Source: Euglena gracilis (Eukaryota). Taken from it: a DNA stretch of 64,000 bases. A program made the translations under genes and the position numbers. Where the stretch lies: contig CP154954.1 in the NCBI GenBank assembly GCA_039621445.1, forward strand, positions 49,331,847 to 49,395,846. Reading direction: 5' to 3'. Each line of letters begins with the position of its first letter. Positions within the stretch are counted from its first letter, which is position 1. The notes beneath the pieces are model-generated. The model did no database searches and had not been told where the DNA came from. It worked only from the letters and a program-made list of their open reading frames with translations. Below are positions 1-20,128 of this stretch, one piece after another.

Positions 1-458
1 AATAAAGTTCGGGCCATCCCGGTGAAGCCGGGCTGGACCGAAAAAAAATTTGAAACGATTTTTGAAAAAGGGGGTCAATATTTGCCAAAAGTGGCCGTTT
101 TGGGTGGCTTCGGGGTCTTCACCCCCAAGTTTTGGCTGAAAAATGTCCACCCAGCTGGATTTTGGGCTTTTGGGGGCATTTTGGGGGGGGGGGCACCCGC
201 CGGGTCCAGCCCCCAGCCGGGCAGACCCCCCCCCCCTAGGGGGGGTCCAGCCAGCACCTGTTTCCCATCCAGCACTTTTTTCCAGCCGGCCCCCCCGGAG
301 TCCTTAAGAAAACCGACTTTGGTGCTCACGCCCAAGTCAATGCCAACAGGGGCAGAAATATGTGGTTTGTCCCGATGGAGTCTCCGCAGCCAAATCACGG
401 AAGCGGTGGGGCTGGATGCTGCTCCCTCCGGCCTGCCTGGTCGAGGGGCGGGGCCCCC

Positions 459-7967
<7,509 letters not shown>

Positions 7968-8336
7968 CAGTGAGAGGGTTTCCCCCTGTGCCCTCTTGCC
8001 AACCCAGGGCGCTGTGTCAGGGTCGTGACGGGCGAGTCCCTGTCCGGCCCTGCCTGAACCCTGTCCCCGGTGCTGGCGAAACCTGCTCCCGCCCCATCGT
8101 GGCAAACACAGCTTCTTTTCTTCTTGGGTGTCCTGATCATTTTTTTTTTGCTGCAGCACAATCAAGCCGCATATCCTTTCGACTTCTGAAGCTTTTCCGT
8201 TATTTTGGTTGGGCAAAAACAGACAGCCATAGATTCATGAAAGACTTGCCTAATCCCCCCCCCCCCGGCCTGCCCACCATCGGGGTGGGGGGGGGGTTCC
8301 CTTAAGGACCGCCTTTTGGCCAAAGGGACAGCCAAT

Positions 8337-8637
8337 AAAGCTTCTTTTTAAGTTACCTGACCCCCGGGGGGGAGGGGGGGTGGGGGGGTGGGTCCGGGCC
8401 GGACCCCCCCCCCGGGGGGGGGCCCGCACCGGACCCCCCCCGGGGGGGGGGGGTCCCGCGCCGGAGGCGCTGGGTATACCTTTTCGGCGCGAAGCGCCGA
8501 AATTTTTTGAAAATTGCCTTTAACGGGCCCGATTTTGGGGGGTCCCCCCCCCCGGGGGGGCGGGCCGCGCCCGCCTGGGTGGGGGGGGGGGGGGCTCCCC
8601 CCCTCCCCCCCCCCTGGGGGTCTTAAAAAGAAGCCTG
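8337..8637. mobile_element. hAT-like MITE (intergenic)
   Basis: TIR aaagcttctttttaag / cttaaaaagaagcctg; 8-bp TSD cagccaat at 8329-8336 and 8638-8645; central tttcggcgcgaagcgccgaaa hairpin. Related ends at about 9216-9464. Confidence 0.88.
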
Positions 8638-10030
8638 CAGCCAATGGCCAATCCTGGATGAATGGAGGCAAAAAAACAAAAAGTCCAAAAACACATTTTT
8701 TGACGTTTTGGGTAGCGGTGGTCCAAGGATGCCAGAAATCACTTTTTCCCCCGAAGTCGAACAATTTTTGCCAAAATATTATCATCTTTATCCATTTTTC
8801 TTATGAATTTTTCAGTGACTGTGCTGGGTCGGGAAGTTTCCTTTCCGTTGAGGACCGTCCTGGACTCCCCCCCCCCGGAGGGGTTCGCCATTGGTCGCCT
8901 GGGAATTTTTTTCAGGGTTTTTCCTCCGACTTTGGGTGGATTTTGGATGGGTGGGTGGGTGTTGGGGGTCGTTTGTGTGTGTCTTCGAAAAAAGTTGGGT
9001 GGGTGGATTTGGGCTTGGGGAAAACTGCCCCCCTCCCCCCTGGGGATGCTGGTCACTCAGTCTTTGGACACAGCCCAACCAACAGCCTCAAGCTTGGTGT
9101 GGTTTACCACCCGAAGGGCCTGTGCCAGGGGGGGAGCCCCGAAGAAGCGCAGGTTTGGCCAGCTGGCTTCCATGAATTGCAAACCGAAAGTCCTCCAACC
9201 TTGTGCATCCCTTGCAGGCTTCTTTTTAAGGAAGCCCCCCCCCCCCTGGGGATGCTGTGGACAGGCAGGGGGGGGTATGCACTTTCGAACCCAGGTCGGT
9301 TTTGGGGGGGGAGTGTTTTGCAGTGCACACGTCCGAGAATTGGGTTCAAGGGATGGGCAGGCACTGGGACCCAGAACCGCCTCCAAATGGGGGGGAGGGG
9401 GCCTGCTATGGGCAGGCACCCCACAGCACAAGACACCACCTGGCGTTGTTTAAACAGAAGCCTGGTCTGTTGCAGGCGAAAGGTTGGAAGGACCTTCATT
9501 TTGACCGTATGTGTCCCCAATGTGCATTCCCTCTCCCCACAGCTGCCGATTGGTCTGCTAACCCGCCTTCCTTTGTGTGTTTCATAAAATTGATTCCCCC
9601 TCCCCTTGGGTGTTCGGGTTAAGGATCAACCAGGGTTGCGCGATTTTCTATTGAGTGCCCCTCCCTGGTTTCCATTCGCCCAACCAATGCTCCCTGAGCA
9701 GAGAGCTCTTCTTTGAGGATTGTTATGGGAAATTTGTGTTCCTGCTACAAATAATTCTTTGCACCCACAAGGAAAGGGTGCCGCACAATACATTCATTGC
9801 CATCCCTGACCACCAGACAGGTCATTGCCAAGCGTTGGCGACCCCCCCCCTGGGAGTTCTCTCCTTGGGGCCCCTCCCAGCTGCTGTGTCACGCTTCCAA
9901 TGGGCATGACATTTGAAAAGGGCTCCCTGGGAAGCTGTCGCCTGAGCTTGGTTGGCCCGGTGGCAAACTTTGCTGATGCCTGCTGATCCCTGGTCAACAT
10001 CCCACGTATCAGGAAACTGAAAGGGATGCT

Positions 10031-10032
<2 letters not shown>

Positions 10033-10119
<87 letters not shown>

Positions 10120-10188
10120 ATGTGTGTGTGTGTGCATGTGTGTGTGTGTGTGTGTGTGCGTGCATGTGTGTGTGTGTGTGTGCATGTG
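10033..10188. repeat. (TG)n microsatellite
   Basis: Directly visible. Confidence 0.97.
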
Positions 10189-13100
10189 GGCACCTCACGG
10201 TTCGATATGAGGATGGTGTCTGGAGTGTAAATGGGAAGGGGTGCCCCCCACCCCGCCCCCTCTTCGATTGGGGGAGGGGGGCTAGTGGGTCCTTGATCGG
10301 GAGGGCACCCCCCCCAGATCAAACTGTCAAGGACCACGCCCACACCCCCACCTGGCTTGGGGTGTTGTGGTGTTTTTTTTTTTTTTTTTTCGTCAAATAG
10401 ATTTTGGGCCCACTGCTGGGCCCCTCAGCCTCAAGGCCAACGGCTGGGGCTCCATGGGTGCCCCCATATGCGCAAGCCTGCCCCACCCCTGCAGGGTTAG
10501 CCGCGGCGCTCCGCCGGCCAAGAGCACGCCACGAAGGCGCCTGCGCGCCACTGCGCCTCCTCCCCCCACCCGTCACCCGGTCCCAATTCGATTGGGGCCA
10601 GACCTTCGTCTCTTCCTGCTTGACCAATAGGTTTGGGGGTGGGTGGGTTTTTGGAGGCAGCTGAATGGGTGCGAGTCTGCTTTACATCCATCCAGAGTGT
10701 GCCAAGTGGTCCAGTTTAGTTGAGCTAATGCCCAGGGTGTCTGGGGGAAAAAATAAGGTAAAATTTTGGCCATTTCTTGGGAGAGTTTGGGTGTTGGTGT
10801 ATGTGATTCTCACGTGTATATTCTTATATTATATATTATAATATATTATATTGTATACATATTGTATATATAAAAAATATGTTGTAATGTATATAATATA
10901 TTCTTATACGGTATTGTGTATTCATATTTGCAGGTGTGTGAGCTTTTGAAAGCAAGTGGCTGGATTTTTTTTTCACCATAACGGCTTATCCAGGGCTTGG
11001 CAAAACTTTTTTTGTGCTGAACCACAAAGCGAAACAGCGAAACTTTGATGTACCACCGCTTTGTGCGGAATTGGTTCGCCCCCCCCCCCCATCAGGGCCC
11101 TTCCCACTCCGCTGGGACGGCGTGGGAAAGAGATCTTTCGGCGCCGTCGAACCACCTCGTGGACCACCGCACTGCTCCACTTCACCTGCTGCTCAAACCT
11201 CCTCCCTCGCAGACTGAAGGCAGTCCCGATACAGGGTGGATGGAGACCCAGCTGCCAACCGGCAAACCACTTCTTTAGGCAGATTTCTGACGCTCTGGGA
11301 TATTTTTTTTCCTTTCAACAAGGCAGTGGGGTGAAAGCACTCGCCGCCCTTCGGCACAAGTCTAGAACTCATGGGTCGGCAGGGGCGAAAATCTTCCTTT
11401 TTTTAATTTAGGGAGTAAATGCAACTTGACTTGGCTTCTAAAATCAAATATTTAAAAAGCACACCATTTCCGTTGTCAAATTTGGCTCTTTTTGGGGAAG
11501 CTTTTTTTTAAAAAAAACGCATCATCGTCCAGCCGCCCTTTGGGCAACGGTGGTTTTGGAGGTAACCTCATCACTACACTCTTTTTTGAAATCCCAAAAC
11601 ACAAACTTATGGATTAGTGCCATGATGTCCAAAATTGCCACATTTTTTTGTCACATGCAGTGCCATCTTTCAAAAAAAAACACGCCACTATCTCGCCGCC
11701 CGAAGTGCGGCAAAAAAAAAACTTGGCCAAGTCAAGGATCTCGCCCCCCCCAAAACCACTTCAACACCACCCTCCCCCATCGCCTACTCTCCCTTAAAAG
11801 AACCCTCGGCCACCATGCGGGGGGGGTCCATTTTCAATGTTGAGGGTCAAGGGGGGGTGCTGACCCAAGACCAGTTTTAAGGGGGATGGAAGGATCGAAG
11901 AAGTTAAAATGAGGAAGCCGTCAGAGTATTGGATAAGAAGGGAGAAACACACGCATTTTTCCATCAATTAAAAAGGTGAGGTGGGGTCAGAAGGGGAGAA
12001 CGAATGTTGAAGTTTCCATGAGGTTGAAAAATCCAGGACAGATGGCTTCCCAAAAAGATAAAAAATAAGGCAATTTTTTTGGGCCACATTTAAGTGTAAT
12101 GTTGCCGAATCCCTCAACATCCGGCCAGATGCACCTCCGCCTTCTTCAACCACGTTACACTGCGTATTTCCTAACAACAACCAAGCCAAAGCACTTGGAC
12201 GCTTTGAGAGCCCCAGGACATCTTGCAGGGCAAAGGCTGTGATGTTGGTGTATTCCCATGCGTCGTGGCGTTGGATCACCCCCAAAACTTTCGAATGAAT
12301 TTTTCATCCCTCGGGGGATGAAAAAATGACACCACATTTCTCGCCAAGATCGAAAGGGGAATCCCATTCTCGCAAAACATCACACCCCACCCCCCAACAC
12401 AAGATCTCCAATCTACATTTTCCAACCAAGATTTGGTGACATTAAATACAGCTCCAAATATCCCACTACTTTGCAAGACTGAGAGGTGTGGGACTTGTCC
12501 CATACCCGGACCAAGGGAATGGGTCAAGGGTGTGATAAAGGAAATTTGTTGACCCCCCAACTTGCCCCATACGCGGGCTGTGCTGGGCCGGGATGTAGGA
12601 CAAGATTGGTGGATGGTCAGGAGGTTTGGCTGGCACCCTGGCACCCTCCACAGACCGTGGCAGAACAAGAATTGAACACTCTTCTGGTGGTGGGATCGCT
12701 GCAAATATTGCCCGACCCGCAGCTGGGGCACCTCATTGTGTAAAAATTGAATTTGAACAACTTTTGACAATGTATTCTGTCTGCAGCTCCAATGTTTTGA
12801 AGGTATCTTTAAGAGAGTATGATCAAAAGAGAAGCCGCGAATCCATTTGCCAACCCAAAGTCTTTACCTTCTGTGGATGATGAAGAGGTTTCAGCATGGA
12901 CAACTCCGACAACTGAAAAGGGGCGTGCCGCGGCTGAGCGGAATCGAGGTGCAAGAGAAAATCGTGTTCAGATGGGTTCTTAGTTTCCACCCTGACTTGC
13001 ATGTCCACAAATCCCTTGTGGAGTGAAAATTCAGTATTGAGTAAGTTGAGTACGTTTGCTATGGCAACTGCCATGGAGGTTCAGGCTGGTTCGGTTGGTG

Positions 13101-13555
13101 GGAGGGATCCCAAGGGGGAGTATTTTTTGTTGGGAGGGAGGGGGGGGGCTGTCATGGAATGGGGAGGTCGGCCAGAGGAGACCAGGCAGAGGGGGGGGGG
13201 GTGCTGCGGCGCGCCGTTTTGAAGGGGGCTTCCAGCCGGGGCGCGCACGCAGTGCGCGGGCCATATTTTGGCAGAAAATTTGGTAATTTTTCGGGTGGAC
13301 AGCAAATTCTGGCCGCGTTTGGTGAAAATGGGGGTCCCCTTGCCATTGCTGCAACCCCCCTTTCCGAGGGCATGAAGGGGCAACAATGGAGACTAGGTGT
13401 GCCATTTGCCAAAGGCCCTGACCCCCCTCCCCCCTCGCGCCACGGCGCCGGGTAGCAGAATTTTTGACTCCGCTCAAAATGGAGATGCAGATGGCCACCA
13501 GGCTGTTTTTTTTTAGTTGCAATTTTGCAGTATGTGAACCAAAGAGGGTTCATTT

Positions 13556-13849
13556 TGGCACTTTAGGTGGCCTTTTGGGTCTAATTCGGTCGGTTAGTTC
13601 ATGGCCCATGGGAACAGTAGGGGGGGGGAGCTCGGCCCCCCCGCCTTACGGTTCCCCCCCCATACTGTTCCCATGGACCCAAAAGGGGGCCACGGGACGG
13701 GAACAGTAAGGGGGGGGCATGGTAGTCGGCCGACTACCACAACCCCCCCCCCAGTCTACCACCATGCGCCACCCCCCCCCCCCGTTGTCGTTCCCATAGA
13801 CCATGAACTGACCAACCAAATTAGACCCAAAAGGCCACCTGAAATGCCA
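13556..13849. mobile_element. Foldback/MITE with about 60-bp inverted arms
   Basis: aggtggccttttgggtctaatt...catggcccatgggaac vs gttcccatagaccatg...aattagacccaaaaggccacct. Confidence 0.8.
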
Positions 13850-13977
13850 AACAAAGCTTTTGAAAATTGCACCTGCACAACATCCATTTTGGTGTTGGTT
13901 TGGACCCAGGGGGCAGGGGGGTCCTGAGGGCCAGTACGCAGGCCGGGGGGGGGGGGGGGCCTGTTGCCGCCTCAGTC

Positions 13978-14228
13978 GGTCGACCGGTACTTGTCTGTTA
14001 TCGTACGACGGACCCCTTTTTGGTTATGGTACGACACCCTTTTTTTTGGGTTATTTCGGGTTATTAAGGAATAGGGTTAGGTGCGCACATGCACGTTTGC
14101 GCTACATGGCCACGTTGCGCAACATGCATGTGCGCACCTATTCCTTTAAATAACCCTAAAAATAAGTGTCGTACCATAACCAAAAGGGGGGGGTCCGTCG
14201 TACGATAACAGACAAGTACCGGTCGACC
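13978..14228. mobile_element. Near-complete 250-bp palindrome (foldback element)
   Basis: ggtcgaccggtacttgtctgttatcgtacgacggacccc vs its exact reverse complement at 14190-14228; pairing continues with indels to the centre (gtgcgcacatgc/gcatgtgcgcac). Confidence 0.9.
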
Positions 14229-14648
14229 CAACAATGGGTCGACCGACCCTCGGACGGCCAACAAGGGTCGACAAGACGGGGCTCCCTTGTGTTACCCTCT
14301 TCAGGGGGGGGAGACAAATCCCTTTTGTTGCTCAACTGTACGAGGGCCCCATAATCCCTTGTGTCACTTTTTGACCCATGAAATTTTCGAGACATGGGCC
14401 ATTTGTGTGTTGGACTGTTGCAGGGCAGAACCGGAAACGGCCAAACAGCCAGGGTGGTATGTGGGGGGGGGGGGCGACCACCCCCCTCAAAACGGTGAAG
14501 GTCACCGGGGGGGTCTGCAGCCCCCCCCTTTGTTGCACTAAGGCTTCTTGTCTGTTTATGGCCGGCGCTAACTTCTGCCGGGGGGGGGGGGGGTCTGCAG
14601 CCCCCCCCCCCCCCCCCGTGCTGCCTGACCTCCAAGGGCCACCCACCG

Positions 14649-14870
14649 GGTGAATCTTTGATGGGTGAAATTTTGCTCCTTTTCCTCTCAAAATGGTCAT
14701 TTTGAGGTTGATGCTTCATGGAATTTTATCGAAATTTCCGACAACTTGCCCAAAAAGTCATTTTTGGCCATTTTTTGGCCCAAAAAAGTGCTCTCGTGGG
14801 GAACTTCACCGGTGAAGTTCACCGTTGGGGTTGGCAGAGGGGGGGGGTTGGGACCACCCGGTGAACTTTC
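14649..14870 (+). repeat. Dispersed repeat with ggtgaa/ttcacc motifs; direct copy at about 17649-17855
   Basis: About 220 bp visibly alignable between the two copies. Confidence 0.85.
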
Positions 14871-14873
14871 TGA

Positions 14874-15691
14874 TACGAAAACTGTGTCCAGAACGCCGGT
14901 TTGGGCGTGAAGCCGTGTTTCAGAACGCTGGTTCGGGCTGCCGCCCGAACCGGCGTTCTGGACACAGTTGTTGAAACCAGGGGCTCTGGCTTCACGCCCG
15001 AACCGGCGTTCAAGGAATCACGGCCAATTTCGTCCTGAAAACCCAGTTTCTGAACATTTTTGAGCATTTTTGGGCTCCTTTGGGCTCATGGCCATGTCGA
15101 TCGGCCGATTGAAGTTTTCACAGGTCTGGTGCCTTGATACCCATCGATCAAAAGCTTTTTTCAAGGGCTTTTGACAGATGGCCACAGGATTCAGCCATTA
15201 TGCACACAGCGCTTATTTTCAGCAATTGTGCATCCAAAATATGACATCTTATTTGTGAAATCCCACACCTCAGGTGCTATACAGCATATCAATCGAAAGC
15301 TCTCCCTGAGACCTTTCGCTTGGTACCCACACTGCATAGCGCCCTGAAAATTGCTGATCGCATGTTCCGACCCTTTTCGCAAATTCCAAAATCCACTGTT
15401 CACCTGCCATGTTGCCCCTTGATCGATAGCCCTTCTCAAGGGCTTTCAGCAGATGGCCTTAGATTTCAGCCGTGCTATGGTACTCTATTTCACAAAATCG
15501 CCAAATTTGGCCAAATGGAAATTATTGCACAAAATACCTTAATTTCTGGCCAAATACCCTCAAAAACTGCTCAGATATGATTGCACATGCCTACAAAGCC
15601 TTTTGGACACTTTTTGGCACTTTTTGTTTTGGGTCCCTCGGACGCCGACTTCCCGCTCAAACCGGCGTTCTGGATGCCGGCTCGGCGCAGA
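14874..15691. mobile_element. About 0.85-kb repeat element, copy A; inverted diverged copy B at about 16436-17380
   Basis: Shared cgcccgaaccggcg subterminal repeats and alignable interior (cagcgcttattttcagc vs gctgaaaataagcgctg; ggacactttttggcac vs gtgccaaaaagtgtcc). Confidence 0.85.
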
Positions 15692-17997
15692 GTGCCATGT
15701 TGCCATGTTGCCCTAACCCTACTCCTTCAAATAACCCCATAGGACCAAAAATAGGGTGTCGTGTGATAACCAAAAGGAAGGGGTCGATCGTGCGATGACA
15801 GATAAGTACCCTAAAAACTACCAATTTTTAAACCTGAATTTTTTGAGTTATATATATATTTTTTTGTGAAAAAGGTGGTTTTCCATCAAAAAATCATGTA
15901 TTTTGGGTTCATTTTGCAAATAAAATTTCAAAAAAAATTTCCCGGCAAAAATTCCCGGTTTTTTTTTGCAAAATTGGTGAAAGTGCTGCCCCCCCCCTAT
16001 TTGTCACGGCTCTAGGTGGTAGACTGGGGGGGGGGGGTAGTGGGTGGTCGGCCGACTAGTCAGCCGACCAATTGGTTGGTAGCTAGTCGGCGAGACGGGG
16101 GGGGGGGGGGAGTAGTGGGTAGTCGGCGGACTAGTCGGCCGACTACCCACTCTAATGTACTAACGGGTCAAAACCGCCGACTTTTAAGCCCCCCCCATGT
16201 AGAAAATTAGTCGGTGGCTAGTCGGTGGTCATAAAAATGGTCTGTGGCAGGTCCAAATCACCCGGAAATGGTCCGGATGGATCCAAATAAGTGCCTTACA
16301 CCAACATAAACATCCCCAGATGGAAATCTTGGTCGGTGGGGTTCGGTGGGCCCTTGATGGGGGTCCGGAGTGGTAAAAACCAATGATGAAACAGGGATTA
16401 CATGAAAATCCTTTAGAAATGCAAGCATTCTGCATCACGACAGGCTGAAACCGTGTCTGGGGGCTCCGGTTTCATGCCCGAACCGGCGTCTGGGACGCCG
16501 GTTCGGGCGGGAAATTTCTGCGCCGAACCGGCGTCCCAGACGCCGGTTCGGGCGTGAAAACGGCGTCTCGGGGACCCAAAATAAAAAGTGCCAAAAAGTG
16601 TCCAAAAGGGCTTGTAGACAGGTGGCATTCATTTTTTAGCAGTTTTTGGGTGGTCTTGGGCAAAAAATTGTGGTTTTTTGAGCAAAAATTTCCTTTTGGC
16701 CAATTTTGGAGAATTTCTGAAATAGAATACCACGCAGCACGGCAGAAATCTAAGGCCATCTGCTGAAAGCCCTTGAGAAGAGCTTTCGATCGATGGGCAA
16801 CATGGCAGCTGAAAAGTGGAATTTCAGATATGCAAATGGGGTCCGAAAAATGCGGAAAAATGCGATCGCTGATTTTGAGGGCGCTTTGCAATCTGGCTGA
16901 GTTCTGTGGGTACCAAGCGAAAGGTGTTGGCGAGACCTTTCGTTTGATATGCAATATGCAACCTGAGCAATGGGATTTGACAAATTAGGATGTCAAATTT
17001 TGGAATACACGATCGCTGAAAATAAGCGCTGCATGCATTATGGCCGAATCCTGTGGCCATCTGTCGAAAGCCCTTTAAAAGAGCTTTCGATTAATGGGCA
17101 ACATGCTTTCATAAGTATGAAATCTGCCATTTTTGACCGGCCGCCCATTTGGGCCAAAAATGCCCAAAACTGCCCCAAACATGGGTATTTTGGGCGAAAT
17201 TGGCCGTGATTCCCTAGCCGCCGGTTCGGGCATGAAACCGGAGCCCCCTAGCCACGGTTTCAAAAACTGTGTCCCAAACGCCGGTTCGGGCGGGAAACCT
17301 GTGCCTAGGCTACCGCCCGAACCGGCGTCCCAGGCACAGGTTTCCCGCCCGAACCGGCGTCTGGGACACAGTTCTCGATATAGAAAACTCCCCCCTCCAC
17401 CCCCATCCGAGCCTCAGATAACAAAATCCCTTCTGTGTTGGCCACATACTCGGGGGCTAAGTCGTTTTGTGGCTCACTTTGGCATAGGCGGGGGGGGTCC
17501 CCCCCCCCCCCCCCCCCGGAGGTTAGGCAGTACGGGGGGGGGGGGGGTGGACCCCCCCGGTGAACTTCACTGGTGAACGTTCACTTGGGGGGGGGGTTAC
17601 TTTCGGCGGTGAAGTTCACCGGTGAACTTCACTGTTTTGATGGTTGGGGGTGAATTTTTCATGGGTGAAATTTTGCTCCTTTCCTCTTAAAATGGTCATT
17701 TTGAGGTTGATGGTTCATGGAATTTAATCGAAATTTCCGAAAACTTGCCCAAAATGTCATTTTCGGCCATTTTTGGCCAAAAAAAGTGCTCTTGTGGTGA
17801 AGTTCACCGTTGGGTTAGGCAGAGGGGGGGTCCGGGACCCCCTGGTGAACTTTCAAACGGTGAACTTCACCATAGGGGGGGGAGGGGGGGTCAAAATGAC
17901 CAAAGTCTACTGCCTGATCTCCCCCCCCCACCCCCCCCCCAAATAACAAAATCCCTTCTATGTTGGCAACATACTTGGAGGGCTAAGTCCTTTTTGT

Positions 17998-19298
17998 TAA
18001 AAACCTATTTTCTGGGCCCGACGCCTGTCTTGAAATTCTACTGACATTAACGGATTTCAGGCTGAAATTGTTTATGTCGGTCGATTTCCATTCAGGCGCC
18101 CGTTTATGTCAGTCAATTTCCATTCAGGCGCCCGTTTATGTAAGTCGATTTCCATTCAGGCGCCCGTTTATGACAGTCGATTTCCATTCAGGCGCCCGTT
18201 TATGAAAGTCGATTTCCATTCCATTGAAATCTGTTGCTAGTCAGATTGGGAATTTGTAGTGATTTTTTGGACATTTTGTATTTCCATTTTTTTCGACATT
18301 TTTGGTCCTATGGGGTTGTGGAGGAGTTATGGATCAGAAAAAAACCAAATTTTGTGGCCAGGTGATCACAGCTGGCTGAACTTTGGATGGAACAGACGGA
18401 AGGACGGTACTTAAGATTATTATTTTCTGGATCTTCAGAAAAAGCATTCGGCATATTTGTCCTGAACCAGTTGTCATCACTGGTCATCTAAAAGAAAAGC
18501 TTTCGGGTGAGGAGTTATTTGGCAATGTCAACCCTATTTTCTGGGCTCGACGCCTGTATTGCAATTATATTGACATCATCGGATTTCGGGCCAAGGCTGT
18601 GTTCATAGCAAAAGGCTGTGTTCATGGCTTTGGTCAAAATCTGTGTTTGTAATAAAACGCAGACTCTGGCCTGAGTCTCTGTTTCGAAGCGCTGAGTCTG
18701 TTATTCGGCCTGAGTCTGCGTTTCGAAACGCAGACTCGGGTCAGAGTCTGCGTTTAAGAAGCAGTTCTTGATATAGAGATTGAAAAAAAGAAAAAAGCAT
18801 TCCGAAAAAGAGACAAAATGTTGGTCGACATTAACAGGTTTCAGGCTGAAACTGAAAATGTCCCAAAACGGAACAAAAAGGCATTCAAAAAAGGAAACAA
18901 AAGGTTGGTCGATTTCCAAGACATCGGAAACCGTTTATGTCCGTCGATTTCCATTCAGGCGCCCGTTTATGACAGTCGATTTCCATTCAGGCGCCCGTTT
19001 ATGTCAGTCGATTTCCATTCAGGCGCCCGTTTATGAAAGTCGATTTCCATTCAGGCGCCGTTTATGTCAGTCGATTTCCATTCAGGCGCCCGTTAATGGG
19101 CCAAAAACCACTTTTTTGACCATATTTCCGTCCAGGCGGTTCGGTCGAATGAATATCAAGACAGGCGTCGGGCCCAGACAAAATAGGTTTTAGAAAAATC
19201 GACCGACACTAACAGATTCAGCAGGGGCGCCGGGCGGCTCGCTTCGCTCGCTCGCGCCCGGCGCCCCTGCTGATCTGTCAGTGTCGGTCGATTTTTGT
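17998..19298. mobile_element. Helentron/HINE-like non-autonomous element: subterminal IRs, 31-bp tandem arrays, 3' hairpin
   Basis: IR aaaacctattttctgggcccgacgcctgtcttga (about 18000) vs reverse complement (19156-19191); arrays at about 18069-18222 and 18933-19096; hairpin 19194-19296; interrupts a host repeat whose uninterrupted versions lie at about 17420-17490 and 19363-19425. Confidence 0.7.
18069..19096 (+). repeat. Two arrays (about 5 units each) of 31-bp unit gtcgatttccattcaggcgcccgtttatgNNN
   Basis: Directly visible; head-to-tail with no unique spacers. Confidence 0.95.
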
Positions 19299-20128
19299 AT
19301 AGAAATTTTGGCATAGGCAGGGGGGGGGTGGGCTCCCCCCCCCCCCCCGCACCCCCCCCTCAAATAACAAAATCCCTTCTATGTTGGCAATATACTTGGA
19401 AGTCCTTTTTGTGCAAATTTTGACTTATATTGAAAATCCAATGGGGAGAGGTGTTCTTTTGCCAAAAGTGGCCCAAAATGGACATTTTGCCCCCAGTTTT
19501 TTTGCATATTCACCCCCGATTGGGGGGGTTCTGGAGCCATTTGGGTGGGTTTTGACTGGTGATGAGGTGATTTGGACAAAGGTTTTTTTCGGGGGGGGGG
19601 GCTTAAAAGGCGGCGAGACTGGCCCGTAACTACATTAGAGTGGGTGGTCGGCCGACTACCCCCCCCCACCCCGTCTCGCCGACTAGCTGCCGACCAGGCC
19701 CAATCGGCCGACCAGTTGGGTGGTCGGCCGACCACCCGCTACCCCCCCCCCAGTCTACCGTCTGCCACAATTTGTCACCCCCTTTGGGCTCCTCTGGACC
19801 CTAGGTGACAATAAGAGGGGGGTGGCAATTGGGGGGGTGGGTTGCCAGTAATCCACCCCCCCCATTTGTTTTTGTTTTTTGGCACACATTCAGCACGCCT
19901 GGAAAAAAATACTCAGCGCGCATGTGGTTTCTTTAGGATTACCCCACCCCTAATTGTCACCTTTTGGGGGGACAAAGGGGGGAGGTGACGGTATGTGAAA
20001 ATGAGGATTTGTCACCAGAATTCCCTATCATTGAGTTTTTGACGTCCCCCCCCCTGCTTCCTTGTTTTCATATCTTGAAAGGTTTGTTGTATTCTAAAGT
20101 TTTCCACCCACCGAACCTTTCTGCTGCC

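Larger units (their letters stand above)
16015..19760. mobile_element. Long-TIR composite element with nested insertions
   Basis: About 180-bp imperfect inverted repeats rich in gtcggccgac at 16015-16197 and 19590-19760, plus gtccaaatcacc/ggtgatttggac just inside. Confidence 0.75.

Noticed and set aside
8348-9587. Pro/Gly/Phe/Lys-rich ORFs in repeat regions (here and throughout)
   Set aside because: Produced by homopolymer G/C/A/T runs in MITEs; no domain motifs.
18069-19096. 31-bp repeats as a CRISPR array
   Set aside because: Units are head-to-tail with only about 3 variable bases, no unique spacers, no cas genes, eukaryotic context.
19194-19296. Rho-independent terminator, tRNA or endogenous parvovirus
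   Set aside because: Eukaryotic locus, no cloverleaf, and no Rep/capsid ORF in the window.
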